NCBI GenBank assembly: GCA_951406725.2
Contig: OX597835.1
Location: forward strand, 35,588,001-35,652,000
Direction of reading: 5' to 3'
Length of the DNA: 64,000 nt
Source: Octopus vulgaris
Lineage: Eukaryota
The notes beneath the pieces were generated by a model. The model searched no databases and had not been told where the DNA came from. It worked only from the letters and a program-made list of their open reading frames with translations. Shown piece by piece: positions 12,881 through 29,556 of this stretch. The position numbers and the translations under genes were made by a program. Numbering within the stretch: the first letter of the stretch is position 1; every line of letters begins with the position of its first letter.

Positions 12881-13769
12881 ATATATTTTAGTATATACCT
12901 ATTATTTTAAGGAAATTCATTCCCCCAAAATACAAGGTATTGAACCAGTGTTTCCTTGAATGAAACCATCCCTTCATGAGATATGTATATATGTGTGAAT
13001 CTATATGAGTGTGTCCGTGTCCGTATGTGTGTGTGTGAGTGTGTGTGATTTCATGCGTGTGCCTTGGTGTTTGTCTCATCGATTAACAATTGGTGTTGGT
13101 TTGTTTACGTCCCCGGAAGTTAGTGATTCGGCAACAGAGTAGGATTGAATAAGTACTAGTCGTGAAAAAAAAAAGGGAGGCGATTTCGTGTAAGTGCTTC
13201 AAGGCAGCTGTTCAAATACTGAAACAAGTAAAAGATATAGGATATAAACTCGAAGTAGAACACCGAATCGTTGGTATGGGGTACAACGAATCCACCCGGA
13301 ACATGGGTTCGCTTTGTGTGTCAGTGCTCTGTTCAACAAGGTAATGAATCACAAAAGTAAAACCAAGACCAGTCGACTGTGAACCTCACAATAAATCAAA
13401 ACTGATGTAGGAGGGAGAATCCTACCCTGCCCACCACCCACAAACAATACTTTACACATAGCGGGGAAAACAGAATTGTACTTAGTGACGCAGAAGAAAT
13501 TCGGACGAAACTTAGAAGCACGAAGAAAAGAGAAGGATGAGGAACAAAAGGCGCAGAAGGATGAAAAAAAAATGTATAAGGAGAAGGAGAAGAAGAAGAG
13601 GGAGTGAAAGAAATGAAAGAAGTGAAAGAAGAAAAAAAGCAATAAAGTGATAAAGACATAGCAGCAGCAATAGCAGCAGAAACATCAGCAGCAGCAACAG
13701 CAGCAGCAGCTAATATCAGAATATTCAAAATGTCGGTGTTGCTGTGCACCGTTTAGAGTAAAGAATGTG

Positions 13770-13890
13770 TCACCAAGGCGGCCATATTTCGGCAAATGTC
13801 GGATATAAGTTGGAACATGTCAGGAAGGTGAAAAGTTCAGATCAGATCAAATGATTGGCAGAAACGGATGTGACGTAGTTCCGTAAACGT
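13770..13890. promoter_or_regulatory. Candidate promoter-like motif cluster
   Basis: GCGGCCATATTT (YY1-like), ATTGG (CCAAT on minus strand) and CGGATGTGACGT (ETS/CRE-like composite) in non-repetitive DNA. Confidence 0.3.
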
Positions 13891-14006
13891 TTCATATTTG
13901 GTGGAGAGGCTAATATTTCACCCCGAACTTCGAACTTTTCGCCTACCCTTTCCGCCACTTCTCCCCCTCGCTTTCATTTTATATTTATCTTTCCTTGTTT
14001 TTTACA

Positions 14007-14830
<824 letters not shown>

Positions 14831-15895
14831 TGTATCTTTGTCTTCGTCCTCTTTGCACTTGACAGCCGGTATCAGTTTCTCATGTGTGTTTGTGTTTATG
14901 TATGCATGTATGCTTGTATGCATGTATGTATATGTATGTCAGCCTGTTTCTAACCTAGATCCAAGGCTCCTTCATTAGGATGTCAACAACATCAACAGAG
15001 CATTTTTGTATGTATGTATGTATGTATATATACGTGCAGATTTGTATGTTTTGTTCTATGTATGTATTCTCATGCATATAGTTGCATATCTAGACATGCT
15101 CATATATATTTAAATGATTAACTTCTGGAAAGTTTTACAGATTTGTGTAATTCCAGTTATGGCTTGAATCCGAAAGTCTTCGAATCAGCTTTCTCCTTTC
15201 TGGTTTTGAGAAGCCTAATTTCTCAAGATTGGTATTTAGGGAGTGCGTTACATATCCCAGTATGTATGTATGTATGTATGTATGTATGTATGTATGTATG
15301 TATGTATGTATGTATGTATGCATGTATGCATGTATGTATGTATGTATGTATGTATGTATGTATGTATGTATGTATGTATGTATGTATGTATGTATGTATG
15401 TACGTTTGTATGTATCATGTATGTATGTGTACATATATACGTACAGATTGATTTAAAGGCATAAATAGACACGGATATGGACAGAAAAACAGAACGATAA
15501 ATAGATAAATTTATAAATAGCCGAAAAAAAGATTGAGAGAGAAAAGAAGAAGGAAAGAGAGAGTGAGTGAAAATCGCTGTTGGTAAGACTAAGTGTTATC
15601 AATACGTATAAACACGGAGAGAAAAACAAATCACATTTGTGGAATGTTGTAAAGCAATTGCATGGGAAAGGGAGTTAACTCTAATAAGATCAGATGATAG
15701 GGTATTCTTTTGTTTATTTTTTTTTTTTTTGAGAGAGTATCTAGGTAATGAAGATTGTAACAGATGTAGACAGTAACGTTAACTGTGGAAAATAAAAGAT
15801 ATGTTTTGGATTTACAGATATGTAAAACCGTAGAATATGAGAAAACTCGGTAAAAAAAAATGGGTTTCTCTTAACGAACCAGCAAATATATATAT

Positions 15896-15943
<48 letters not shown>

Positions 15944-16033
15944 GCAAGTACATATGCAGACATACATACGCACCCACAAATGTGCATATATATATGAATA
16001 TATCCGTATGAATGAACACAAATATATATATAT

Positions 16034-16078
<45 letters not shown>

Positions 16079-16185
16079 ACACACACATGCGCACGCACAC
16101 ATCTACACACACGTACACTCACATATGCACACATATATATATATATACACACACATCTATCTATTTATATATGTATGTATGTATG

Positions 16186-16228
<43 letters not shown>

Positions 16229-16627
16229 ATATATATATATATATAGAAAAGTACACACGGATACGCACATACGCGTGTGGAGAAATATGGGTGCCTATAT
16301 ATACATACACACATGTATGTACACACACATACACGCACAATCACACACACACACATACACACATACACACACACACACACATATCTGTACATGTGCATGC
16401 ATGTTTCTGCGTATGATTGTGTGTATATCGCTCTCTGAAAATGTTTAGGGAAGTGGCAGAGGAACAGAATCCTTGATAATAAGCTGCGAATGTGATCAGC
16501 ATTTTCCTGGCGATAAGCTTGTTAATGGTTCTTATCTTGGATTCTGTTAAATACAAAATAGATAGATAAGGTAGGTCTACATAGGTAATGTTTATACCGA
16601 ATATATTTACCTATATACGTATATACG

Positions 16628-16665
<38 letters not shown>

Positions 16666-16688
16666 CTGAATATATTTACCTATATAAG

Positions 16689-16725
<37 letters not shown>

Positions 16726-17371
16726 GTATATATATATGCACATACATACATATATGCATATATATATATATATATGTATGTCAATGAGTAAATATAAATA
16801 TATATATATATGTTTAGTGTGTATGGAAATACACAGTTATAGATCAAGATGCATATATACAAACATAGTTTAAAAATAAATACATGCATATAAACGATAT
16901 ATGGTATGTCACGCGACAATGGTAATATATATATATATATACAGATACACACGCACACATATGCACGTATATAAACTATACAGACACGGACTTACACAAA
17001 CACGCACACATATGCTTACTTGTGAGTGTAAGTATATGTGTGTGTGTGAGAGAGAGAGAGAGGAAGTGGTGTGGTAGTGGGGTTGGGGGTAGCAAAAGCG
17101 ATAGTTTAGAAGATACGTGTTTCTTTATATGCATGAAATCTTTCTTAATGATCTCCATCTCAAACAGAAATACCTACTAAATGTACACACACACACACAC
17201 AAACAACACACACACACACAAAAACACACACACACATTCACACACATTCACCTACCCATACACACACACACATATATATATACATATACATATACATACA
17301 TAAATATATCCATATACATATACACATATATATACATGAATACATATATGTATATATACATACACACATAC

Positions 17372-17412
<41 letters not shown>

Positions 17413-18070
17413 CGCATACACACACATATAAATGCGTATAAACATACATATATGCGTATACACAGACATGCACACGCACATTTGTATAGACATTCAGGTG
17501 CACCTATGTATATTATTATATATGTATACATATATATGCTTATAAATATATATATGTATACATACGCATATATATATATATATATATATGTATATGTGTG
17601 TGTGTGTGTGTGTGTGCGTATATATATATATATTTATACGCACACACACACACACACACACATATACATGCACACAGAAACATACACTTATATATATGTA
17701 TGCACACATATTCATGGCTACATGTAATATAATGCAAAGTGTATTCATTTCCAAATGAATACTGTTTAAATTCAATTAATTTAAAGACTAAGTTCCGGTA
17801 AGAAATATAATTAAGGGCTGTAATGAAGGGCTGTTGTTGCTGTTGGCGTTTGAAGAGGGCAGGCTTTAAGTAAATGTAGCGTAAGCAATGATGGATGAGT
17901 GTGCATTACCTCATCGCATTACTGCGGTGATGTGCGCACCAAACAAAGACTAAATTATGGATGGACGTACGTCCATCTGTTTGTGCGCTTACATATGTAT
18001 GCATCTGTGTACGTGTGTATCTATCTGTCTGTCTGTTTGTCTTTCTGCCTGTCTGTCTGTCTCTTTCTCT

Positions 18071-18154
<84 letters not shown>

Positions 18155-18287
18155 GTATATATATATAATAGAAATATTAAAATTACTAAGTCTCTGTAAA
18201 AGAGAACAGCGGCAGCGTTCCCGGAAAATAATAGTTATCGGACAGCTTTATTCTTATTTTTATAAGAATGCCATATTAGTATGGCGA

Positions 18288-18327
<40 letters not shown>

Positions 18328-18385
18328 CATATATATACATATATATAATATATGTACACATATACATATATATACATATATATAC

Positions 18386-18438
<53 letters not shown>

Positions 18439-18446
18439 TATATACG

Positions 18447-18478
<32 letters not shown>

Positions 18479-18479
<1 letters not shown>

Positions 18480-19049
18480 TGGGTTGTCCGGAAAGTTTGT
18501 ACCGATTTATAGTTGCTTACCTTTCGACTTATTTTAGAACATGTTTGAGTCTATAAAATAGGATTTGACTACGCCTCCATTTAGAGCACAGTTTAAGCTA
18601 TCTTTTCGTGGAAGAAGGTTATGTTCCTATAACCTGTGTTAATTCTGTAACCTTTTAAAATGGAAGATAAGAAAATTCATTTTTAGCGCTAGATGCTTTT
18701 CTGTTTTCGTAAAGGGAAAAATGCCTCACAAACAACGAAAGAATTATGCGCAGTTTACAGTGGTGTTTCTTTATCCGAAAGAACTGTGCGGAAGTGTTTC
18801 GCAAGGTTCCGAGCTGGAGATTGTAGCCTTATTGATAAAGAGCAATCGGCCAGACCATGCACTACAGATAATGACCAAATCAAGTCATTAATTGAGAATA
18901 ACCCACATTGCATGAACGAGAGAATTGGCAGAAAGCGTCATCCTATCAAAATCCGTCGTTCATAAGCACCTGTTAAAGCATGGCTAATGGCAAGTATTTA
19001 TTGACCTTTTTCTTTCTTTTAAAAATCTGCACGAACTTTCCGGACAACT

Positions 19050-19052
<3 letters not shown>
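18479..19052 (+). mobile_element. Internally deleted mariner element (mellifera-like) with both TIRs
   Basis: TIRs TTGGGTTGTCCGGAAAGTTTGTACCGATTT / AAATCTGCACGAACTTTCCGGACAACTCAA, flanked by TA. N-terminal transposase from 18660, MEDKKIHF*R*MLFCFRKGKNASQTTKELCAVY...FRAGDCSL. The catalytic domain is deleted. Confidence 0.9.
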
Positions 19053-19114
<62 letters not shown>

Positions 19115-19118
<4 letters not shown>

Positions 19119-19305
19119 GATATCATTAGCCACTACACATTTTTTCCTCTCCTTGTTTTTCTCCTTCTTTTCTGTGTCCCTTTCTGTAGAAGAGCATAGG
19201 CTCGAAACGTAAAAGACTTTTTCTATTCCTGAGCGTTATACTAATAAATCTGTTTGTTTTGTACACCACCTGTCTTCGTCTTTTATCTTTTTCGTAAACT
19301 CTCCC
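19115..19305 (+). mobile_element. HHR-bearing element family A, copy 2
   Basis: CTTT-CTGTAGA-A-GAGCATAGGCTC-GAAACGTA-AAAG (19180-19215), between TA tracts. Confidence 0.75.
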
Positions 19306-19429
19306 TATATATATTGGAGAGAGAGGAGAGAAAGCAACATCATGTATATTCGTGTTGGATATTTATATCTATACGTAACTGTATGTGTATAGATATCTTG
19401 ATATTGGAAGTGTGTGGATTTAATGTGTG

Positions 19430-19765
19430 ATGTGTCTCACTTATGATTGTACTATTGTGGTTTCGATTCCTGGACTGGGCGATGCGTTGTGTTATAGAAC
19501 GAAACTCTTCATTCCATGTTAATCAAACTCACAATGATTAATCGCACAAACGAGCGGCGTGCCGTTTAATGGAGAAATTTATACGCCACAAAATCCGGGA
19601 AACCGGCCTTATGAATCTATGGCACGGGAAGGAGTTTCGATCCAAAGTTGACTTTGCCTTTCATCCCTTTCGAAGTCGATAAAATAAGCACTATTTTTAC
19701 ACTGGACTTAATCGACTTGACCCCTTCTTCGAAATTGCAGGCCTTGTACTAAAATTTGAAACCAA
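19430..19765 (+). mobile_element. Diverged SINE fragments (tRNA-type head plus Meta-like 3' part)
   Basis: GGTTTCGATTCCTGGACTGGGCGATGCGTTG, followed by GACTTTGCCTTTCATCCCTTTCGAAGTCGATAAAATAAG. Confidence 0.6.
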
Positions 19766-20015
19766 TATTTATATCTACTTAAACGTGGATGTTCTGTTAG
19801 ATCGTGTTATATTGAGGTAGATCCTGTGAGAGAAACTCTCATATTAGGTTTCTGATGCAAAATGCAATCTTGTGTATATGGCTAGCGGCGTGATAAATTC
19901 CAGCGCTGAGACCACCAGATCACATGATTTCGACCTTCCTTGCTGTCGTCAATGAAGGATGCTCGACCGCTAGAGACAGCAGCGGCTCAACTTCCAGCCA
20001 GCGATATATAGAAAA

Positions 20016-20432
20016 GCGAGCTGGCAGAATCGTTAGCACGTCGGGCGAAATGCTTAGCGGCATTTCGTCTGCCGTTAACTTCTGAGTTCAAATTCCGCCG
20101 AGGTCGACTTTGCATTTTATCCTTTCGGGGGTCGATTAAATGAGTACCAGTTACGCACTGGGGTCGATATAATCGACTTAATCCGTTTGTCTGTCCTTGT
20201 TTGTTCTCTCTGTGTTTAGCCCCTTATGGGTAGTAAAGAAATAGGTATTTCGTCTGCCGCTACATTCTGAGTTCAAATTCTGCCGAGGTCGACTTTGCCT
20301 TTCACCCTTTCGGGGTCGATTAAATAAGTCCCAGTTACGCACTGCGGTCGATTTATTCGACTTAATCCCTTTGTCTGTCCTTGTTTGTCACCTCTACATT
20401 TAGGACCCCGCTCCGTGGGCAATAAAGAAATA
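20016..20432 (+). mobile_element. SINE family 3 (MetaSINE-like), internal unit duplicated
   Basis: Head GCGAGCTGGCAGAATCGTTAGCACG...GAGTTCAAATTCC, then GCCTTTCATCCTTTCGGGGTCGATTAAATGAGTACC-like sequence resembling the Meta domain. A ~180 bp unit occurs twice. Confidence 0.75.
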
Positions 20433-21152
20433 GATATATATAAAAGCAGTGCCAGGACAAGAAGTGATGTAGTGGTCTTGGCGCTGTAGGCGGCTGTGGT
20501 TTATCTTCCCGCTAGCGTCAATATGAGACCTTCTCTCGTGGTAATTACCGCAGTATAGTTTGTTCTAACAGAACATCAGTGTTTAGGTAGGGATATATAT
20601 GACCTTTTTGATAACTATTATAAGTAAACGTTTGTAATATTGTAAAGGAAATTGCGAATTTTCTCAACCAGCTCTGAGGTTCTGCCGTCTCCGCTTACCT
20701 CTCATCGTGCGGGTGTTGGCGTTGGTGTTGGTGTAGGCACAATAACAGTATAAGGAACTCTAGAATTTTGAATTATCTCTAGACGTTTGATTTGTTATAC
20801 ACGTGTACTTGGGCTATTCCATGACGACACCAGAGATATGATAGGAAGTACAAGAGCAAGCAAGTGCAGCAAGCACTGCAGAGCAGCAATAAGAAGCGCT
20901 TAGAAAAACGAACGACATCAACAAACAAAAACAAAAGCACGATTTGCAACCTCAGTGCAAATGGAAACATCAGTACAGTTGCCATCTTAAGAGAAGTAAT
21001 ACAAAAGGGTAAACGTATTTAGCTTCGTATGTATGTGTGTGTGAGTGCCTGCGTGTGTGTTCCAATTATGCATGCATATATATATATATATATATAAATA
21101 TATAATATATATGTATGTATATATATATACACACACACAGAGACATATATGC

Positions 21153-21193
<41 letters not shown>

Positions 21194-21587
21194 AGTAAAT
21201 ACGTATCTATCTATCTATCTATTTTTTATCTATCTATTTATCAATATGTGTACATATGCGTGAATATTGCATATGCATATGTATGCATATGTACGGATAT
21301 ACACATATTAATTTACAGATATATGCATACCTATATGTATACATACATATATGGTCTACGCACAAATATAATAACACACGCACAAAAAATAATAACACAC
21401 ACACGCACATACATGCGTGTATATATGTATGTATGCATATATACAACAAATATCTGTACTGCCTCGGCGAAGAATATTTAATTCAAGAGCGGATTATATA
21501 TTATAGGAGTGTATATCCATTAAGATCAGGAAGTTTTCATGCATAATTTAATGTCCACTAACATATAATATAATATAATATAATATG

Positions 21588-21660
<73 letters not shown>

Positions 21661-21817
21661 ATATGCATATACACACACACATATATATAAACATATATAT
21701 ATGTACGTAGACAGGCAGACACACGCATATGTATATATATATGTATATGTATATGTATATATATATATCTATGTATCTATATATCTATTTATCTATATAT
21801 ATATATATGTACATATA

Positions 21818-21885
<68 letters not shown>

Positions 21886-21980
21886 TGTATGTATGAATAT
21901 TTATACACACTGATTGATATGATGCACATAATGGAAAGAATGGCAAAATAAATATTTGGTTTGTTATACATGCATGTGGT

Positions 21981-22030
<50 letters not shown>

Positions 22031-22335
22031 GGTGTGTTCATGTGTGTGCATGTGTATGTGTATATATGAATGTATGTATGTATGCATGTATATATGTATG
22101 TATCTATATATCTATCTCTCTACCTATGTATACATACCTATATACATACATACTATGGCATATATATACGTATATATATATGTATGTATGTAAGTGTGTA
22201 TGTATGTATGTGTATTTGTATATATCGTAAGAATGCGATAAGAACAAAAGGGAGAGGGAAAGAGATAGCTTAACAGATAGAAACTTTTACTTTCCAAATA
22301 TTTGAGTCCAAATGGGTAGCACAAGCAGATGCCAT

Positions 22336-22379
<44 letters not shown>

Positions 22380-23281
22380 ACATACACTCACATATATATA
22401 CACACAAAGAGAGAGTGTGAGAGAGGAAGAGAGTGAAAGAGAGGGAGTGAGTGAGAGTATATTACATGCAAAACAGACACGCACACATACACACACACAC
22501 ACACACACACAAGCGTGTGCATATATATACCTCTAACTACTCCCTGTGCATGATAATACCCTAATGCTGTATTCTACTACAGAGTATACCTAAAGTATCT
22601 ACTCGTAATTTTTAACAAAAATTGCGACGGTTATCATTATTCCATTACCCGATCAAATGTTCGTTGTCTTCATTTTACCAGCGAACGGCTGCGTATTCCA
22701 CAGATCTTTCTAGGCTCAATGTAATATCCCGATGAACGAGCGGAGAAAGGGTACATGAGAAGGTTGGACACTTAATATGCCATGCAATAAGAGTAAACTC
22801 GAGACCTAATGGATATGAAGCGTCCGTCTCAAGCATTCGGTCATGACACCGCCATAACCGATCCATCCCTACATTCATGCAACACTTCTGTGAAAGACAT
22901 CACACCTGTGATCTGCAGTTGCACCAAACGACCCTCAAAGCGTTGTCGCTAAAACAATATATTATACCACGGAATGTATTATACATTCCGTTTGATCGCT
23001 ATCATTACTGGAGCGAAGTATGAGGTAAATAAGAAGAGAATGCAACTCCATAATTCAAACACTAGAAATGATCACGGCACCTGGGACGTTAGATATTTTG
23101 CCAGAGTTTCCTAAGACTTAAAACATGATAAAACAGATGCTTTTTTATTTTTCACAAACTTGCGAGCCAAGCGGTGGACGTTCTAAATTAACTCTAGATA
23201 AAACAGAGAAAAACCTATAACATACATATACACTAGACCCCACCACACACACGCATGCATACACACACACAATCACACACA

Positions 23282-23689
23282 CACTCTACTCTCTTTTACT
23301 CTTTTACTTGTTTCAGTCATGTGACTGTGGCTATGCCGGAGCACCGCCTTTAATCGAGCAAATCGACCCCAGGACTTATTCTTTGGAAGCCTAGTACTTA
23401 TTCTATCGGTCTCTTTTGCCGAACTGCTAAGTTACGGGGATGTAAACACACCACTATCGGTTGTCAGCGACGTTGGGGGGGACAAACACAGACACACAAA
23501 CATATACACACACAGATCGTTAGCCACTGCACATATTTTTTTGTCTCCTTGTTTTTTTCGGTGTCCCTTTCTGTAGAAGAGCGTAGGCTCGAAACATAAA
23601 AGACTTTTTCTAATCCTGAGCGTTATACTAATACATCTGTTTGTTTTGTACACCACCTGTCTTCGTCTTTTGTTTTTTTCGTAAACTCT

Positions 23690-23762
<73 letters not shown>

Positions 23763-23917
23763 TACGACGGGCTTCTTTCAGTTCCATCTACCAAATCCCC
23801 TCACAAGGCTTTGGTCGGCTCGAGGCTATAGTAGAAAACACTTACCCAAGGTGCCACGCAGTGGGACTGAACCCGGAACCATGTGGTTGGTAAGCAAGCT
23901 ACTTACCACACAGCCAC
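23282..23917 (-). mobile_element. SINE family 1 interrupted by a family A HHR element
   Basis: SINE 3' half at 23282-23513 and 5' half at 23763-23917 flank the insertion. Confidence 0.85.
23514..23692 (+). mobile_element. HHR-bearing element family A, copy 3
   Basis: CTGTAGAAGAGCGTAGGCTCGAAACATA at 23571; ends CTCTCCC(TA)n. Confidence 0.75.
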
Positions 23918-23974
23918 CGAGTATCATAACAAATGCTGGAGCATCATCCAGTGCAACGTATATCTCTCATTAAT

Positions 23975-24195
23975 GCGGTGAGGTGGCAGAAACGTTAGAG
24001 CATGGGAGAAACTGAGCAGCAGCATTTCTTACGGTTCATTAGGTTCTGAGATCAAATCCCACCGAGTATAAATATGCATTTTTAATCCCTTTCGGCTTCG
24101 GAGTCGATACAATAAAGCATCAATCAGGTATTGGTATCAATGTAATTGATTTGCTGCCTCTCTTCAAAATTGCTGGCCTTGAGCCAAATTTAGAA
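23975..24195 (+). mobile_element. Diverged SINE family 3
   Basis: GCGGTGAGGTGGCAGAAACGTTAGAGC...GGTTCTGAGATCAAATCCC...GCTGGCCTTGAGCCAAATTTAGAAA. Confidence 0.6.
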
Positions 24196-24746
24196 AAGAT
24201 ATATATCTCTCCTTAAAGGATATACATTTGCAATTCAGTAACGGGAAATAAACATGAAAAAAAAAAAAAATAGCTGATCCCAAAAAATAAAAACCCTAAA
24301 AAAATGGAAAAAAGAATTGATGAGGATGCAGGTAAATCAGTTAGATCTGACAGCATCTGCAGACTGTATGAATTAACAGCGAAGATTTAACGCACATTAT
24401 AAGCAGGTGTCCGATAGTGCCATCACGATTCTATCTGCCTATAAGGCATACATACATGCATGCATATACGTATACATACATGAATACATGCATATATATA
24501 CAAATACAGATACACACATACATATATGCATGCATGCATATATTATATATATATATATATATATATGCATGACTTTATACACTCCTTATCTCTTGGATCG
24601 TACTATATGTATTCTATCTATATTGTAGAATGATAAATTAAGGGGCTTTTTTATGAGTACTACTGGATTACTTGAATCCATATATTGTATATATACATAT
24701 ATATAATATATATTATATATATATATATATAATATATATAATATAC

Positions 24747-24788
<42 letters not shown>

Positions 24789-24822
24789 GGTATATATACA
24801 TAAATTGTTAGGTAGATAGATA

Positions 24823-24870
<48 letters not shown>

Positions 24871-25032
24871 GATATGTGTGTGTGTATGTATGCATATATA
24901 TGTATGTTTGTACCTGCATGCATACACACACACACACACACAATGCCCTAAATTTGTAGGGAAAAAACTTTGTTTAGAGGTTAGAGATTAACTTTTTTTA
25001 TTGTGGTGAGATGTTTAAAGCATAAAAGTAAT

Positions 25033-25065
<33 letters not shown>

Positions 25066-25311
25066 CACACACACGCCTACACATACACAGTTTCAACATA
25101 ACAAAAATCCTATATATTCCACCATATATATGTCTCTACCAAAACATCTCAGATCCACACGCTCATGCTACTATACTATTCGGCTGCTCCTATACTATTC
25201 GGCTTTTCTACTCACATAAACCCTCTAGTGGAGAACTACCCAAACCTTGCGCTTATCGCTACTATTAATGCTTTCTTTGACTAACGTTAGCTGTCTTGAA
25301 TTACTCCCTAT

Positions 25312-25710
25312 ATACTCCTTTATTCTTTTACTTGTTTCAGTCATTTGACGGCGGCCATGCTGGAGCACCGCCTTTAGTCGAGCAAATCGACCCCGGGACT
25401 TATTCTTTGTAAGCCCAGTACTTATTCTATCGGTCTCTCTTGCCGAACCACTAAGTGACGGGGACGTAAACACACCAGCATCGGTTGTCAATCAATGCTA
25501 GGGAGACAAACACACACACACAAAAATATACACACACATACATATATACGACAGGCTCCTTTCAGTTTCCGTCTACCAAATCCACTCACAAGGCATTGGT
25601 CGGCTCGGGGCTATAGCAGAAGACACTTGCCCAAGGTGCCACGCACTGGGACTGAACCCGGAACCATCTAGTTGGTAAGCAAGCTACTTATCACACAGCC
25701 ACTCCTGCGC
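25312..25710 (-). mobile_element. SINE family 1, full length
   Basis: Near-identical reverse complement of 12468-12880. Confidence 0.9.
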
Positions 25711-25769
25711 ATACACACATACACACACACATTCATACATCACTGACACTGTTGATTACCTCGGAGAGG

Positions 25770-26060
25770 GATACAGTTGATCCAATCAACAGAAGATCCA
25801 ATCTGCTTGCGAGATAAACGTGCCAGTGACTGAGTACTCCACAGACACGTGTACCCTTAACGTAGTTCTCGGGGAGATTCAGCGCGACACAGAATGTGAC
25901 AAGGCTGAACCCCTTTGAAATACAGGCGCAGCTCATTTTAGCCAGCTGCGCGGGGTGGGGGACTGGAACAATGTGAAATAAAGGGTCTTGCCCAAGGAAC
26001 AATGCGCTGCCGGTAATCGATCTTACGAATGTGGACCGAAAACTCAAGTCCCTAAGCCAT
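25770..26060 (-). mobile_element. SINE sharing the family 2 3' body
   Basis: The reverse complement matches 1770-1900. Diverged tRNA-like head TGGCTTAGGGACTTGAG...GATCGATTACC. Confidence 0.65.
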
Positions 26061-26242
26061 ACATATACACATACGTACATACATAGGTACATACATAGGT
26101 ACATGCATACATACATACATACATACATACATACATACATACATACATACACACATACATACATACACACATACATACATACATACATACATACATACAT
26201 ACATACATACATACATGCATGCATACATACATACATACATAC

Positions 26243-26273
<31 letters not shown>

Positions 26274-26562
26274 CATACATACATACATGCATGCATACAT
26301 ACATACATACATACATACATACATACATGCATGCATACATACATACATACATACATACATACACACTTACATACATACACACTTACATACATACATGCAT
26401 GCATACATAATACATACATACATACATACGTACATACATACATATTCTTTTATTTGTTTCAGCCATGCGTTTGCGATCATGCTGGAGCACCGCCGTGGTT
26501 TTGTACTTTTCCATATCATTCTTCATTGGTTCAATTTTTCAGTGTGGTGAAATTTCATATAG

Positions 26563-26619
<57 letters not shown>

Positions 26620-26711
26620 CATAGATACATATATACATTCATATATGAGTACGCACAATCAGACATCCATCCACATAAAAATGCGTGTTATACATCTACA
26701 CATGCATAGAT

Positions 26712-26748
<37 letters not shown>

Positions 26749-27180
26749 CATATATACATATATATATATATATGTATATATAGAGTATTATATATATATA
26801 CATGAATGTATACATTCTTGCATACTTACGTACATAAAAACATGCATACCAATAAACATATACATACATACCTGCCGACATATATACATACGTGCATAAA
26901 GCCATACATACATACCCATTTACACGCATGCATACACACACACACAAACACACACACGCACGCATACACACATACACACATACATACACAAGTATACACA
27001 CACATAATTCCTGCAGGTTTCCACTTCACGCCTATTTGAATCTCGAGACTAATCTCCTGCTACAGTTCACTTCAGACTTACTAGAACATTCTCACCTGGA
27101 ACACGCCCAAATATCTCTCTAGTTTCCTTCTCAACCACTGCAAAGTGTCAGATATTTACCTGGCAGGAACACAACAGACA

Positions 27181-27220
<40 letters not shown>

Positions 27221-27425
27221 ACACCATATATGTATAATATATACATTATATATTCATACTACATATATGTAAGTATATATATACGTTTTTATATATATAT
27301 ATATATACATCAAGAACATATATGTATAATATATACATTATATACATATTTATATATATGTAAGTATATATATATATGTGTGTTATGTATATATATAATA
27401 TATATATGCTTATATGTATATATGA

Positions 27426-27506
<81 letters not shown>

Positions 27507-27897
27507 ATATATATATGTATATATATATATATACTGATATATATATATGTATACATATGTGATTATGTGTAGACTCATGTATAGATATGAATACATTTAT
27601 ATATAGGATGTTCTCTCTGGATAAGCTCCTATGCGTGTGTGTGAGTGTGTGTGTCCGTGCGTATCTGTATATGAGTCTGTATATGTGTGTATGTGTGAGG
27701 GAGAGAAAGAGAGAGAGAGAGTATATAGCTGGTAATGAAATAACGAAAAATGAAAAATAAAGCGGTAGAAGGAAGTTTGATATATATATATATATATGAA
27801 AAAAAAAAATCATTTAATTATAAGTAAAATATATAAAAAAGAATGAGAAACAATAACCCACATACGCATGCGCACACACATTTACACAATCTACATT

Positions 27898-27935
<38 letters not shown>

Positions 27936-28142
27936 AACATATATATATTTATACATGTATATATATATATATGTAAGTACGTATATATGTATGTATGTTT
28001 GTGTGTATATATATATATATGTAAGTATGTGTGTAAAGGAGTAGAAAGAGATAGCTATACAGGAAATACATTAGTTAGATATGTAGAGTGATATATGGTC
28101 AGACGTATATATGGAAGGAGACAAGCACATGTGTGCGTACGT

Positions 28143-28193
<51 letters not shown>

Positions 28194-28291
28194 ATGGGGT
28201 GGTATTGCATAGGGTGGGAACGTATGTATTACACGAATGAAACAAATAAATATACTCAAACGCACGTCCACATGCAAGTACATACATTTAC

Positions 28292-28333
<42 letters not shown>

Positions 28334-28511
28334 CACACACACACACACACACTTATATTAATATAATATATATATGTATGTATAGCTAGATAGATGGATA
28401 GATAGATAGACAGATTGATATATATACTTACATCTATTTATCTATTTATATATCTCTTTCTCAGTGTCTATCAATTTGTCTTCTATTCATCTATCTATCT
28501 AACAACATATG

Positions 28512-28576
<65 letters not shown>

Positions 28577-28734
28577 ATGTATACATATATCTGCTTGTGT
28601 CCATGACAGTATACAGATTCGTAGATAGATAGAGAGATAAATAGGTTTAGATATTTAGATCAGTCAATCAATCAATACATACATACATTCATGCATGCAT
28701 GTATACATACGTACATATATATGCATGTACATAC

Positions 28735-28794
<60 letters not shown>

Positions 28795-28795
28795 A

Positions 28796-28890
<95 letters not shown>

Positions 28891-29239
28891 TTTGTCGATA
28901 GGGTGTTTTAGATATATAATACTAGAAATATATATGTCAGTGAATATACGTATATGTATATATATATATACATGTAAGTATGCGTATCACCTCCCATACA
29001 GACACACATGTACACGCATATGTAATGCTATAGTTATAAGGAGCATAAGTAAGATAAGGTAATTAGCGTATCCATAGCAATCCAATCAGTGAAGCGTGTG
29101 AAAACCTAAGTGAAGAGGTTAAAGTATCGAAATCAATGGAAACCTGATGACTGATGAGTTTTGAGAGATTGTAGCAGACATGTTTTTCTGTATTTCTGCA
29201 CTCTCACTATATATATGCACATATGTGTGAGTATATATA

Positions 29240-29286
<47 letters not shown>

Positions 29287-29491
29287 ATGTATGTAATTTA
29301 ATATATATATACATATATATATGTGTGTGTGTGAGTGCGCGTGCGTGAGTGTGAGTGAGTGGATGTATATACATACACACACACGCAGACACATATACGT
29401 ATAGGTTTGTGTATCTATAAATACACATGTACATTTTTATGCAGATATATCTACTTATATATGTGTGCTGAGAGTGAGTTATATATGTATA

Positions 29492-29556
<65 letters not shown>

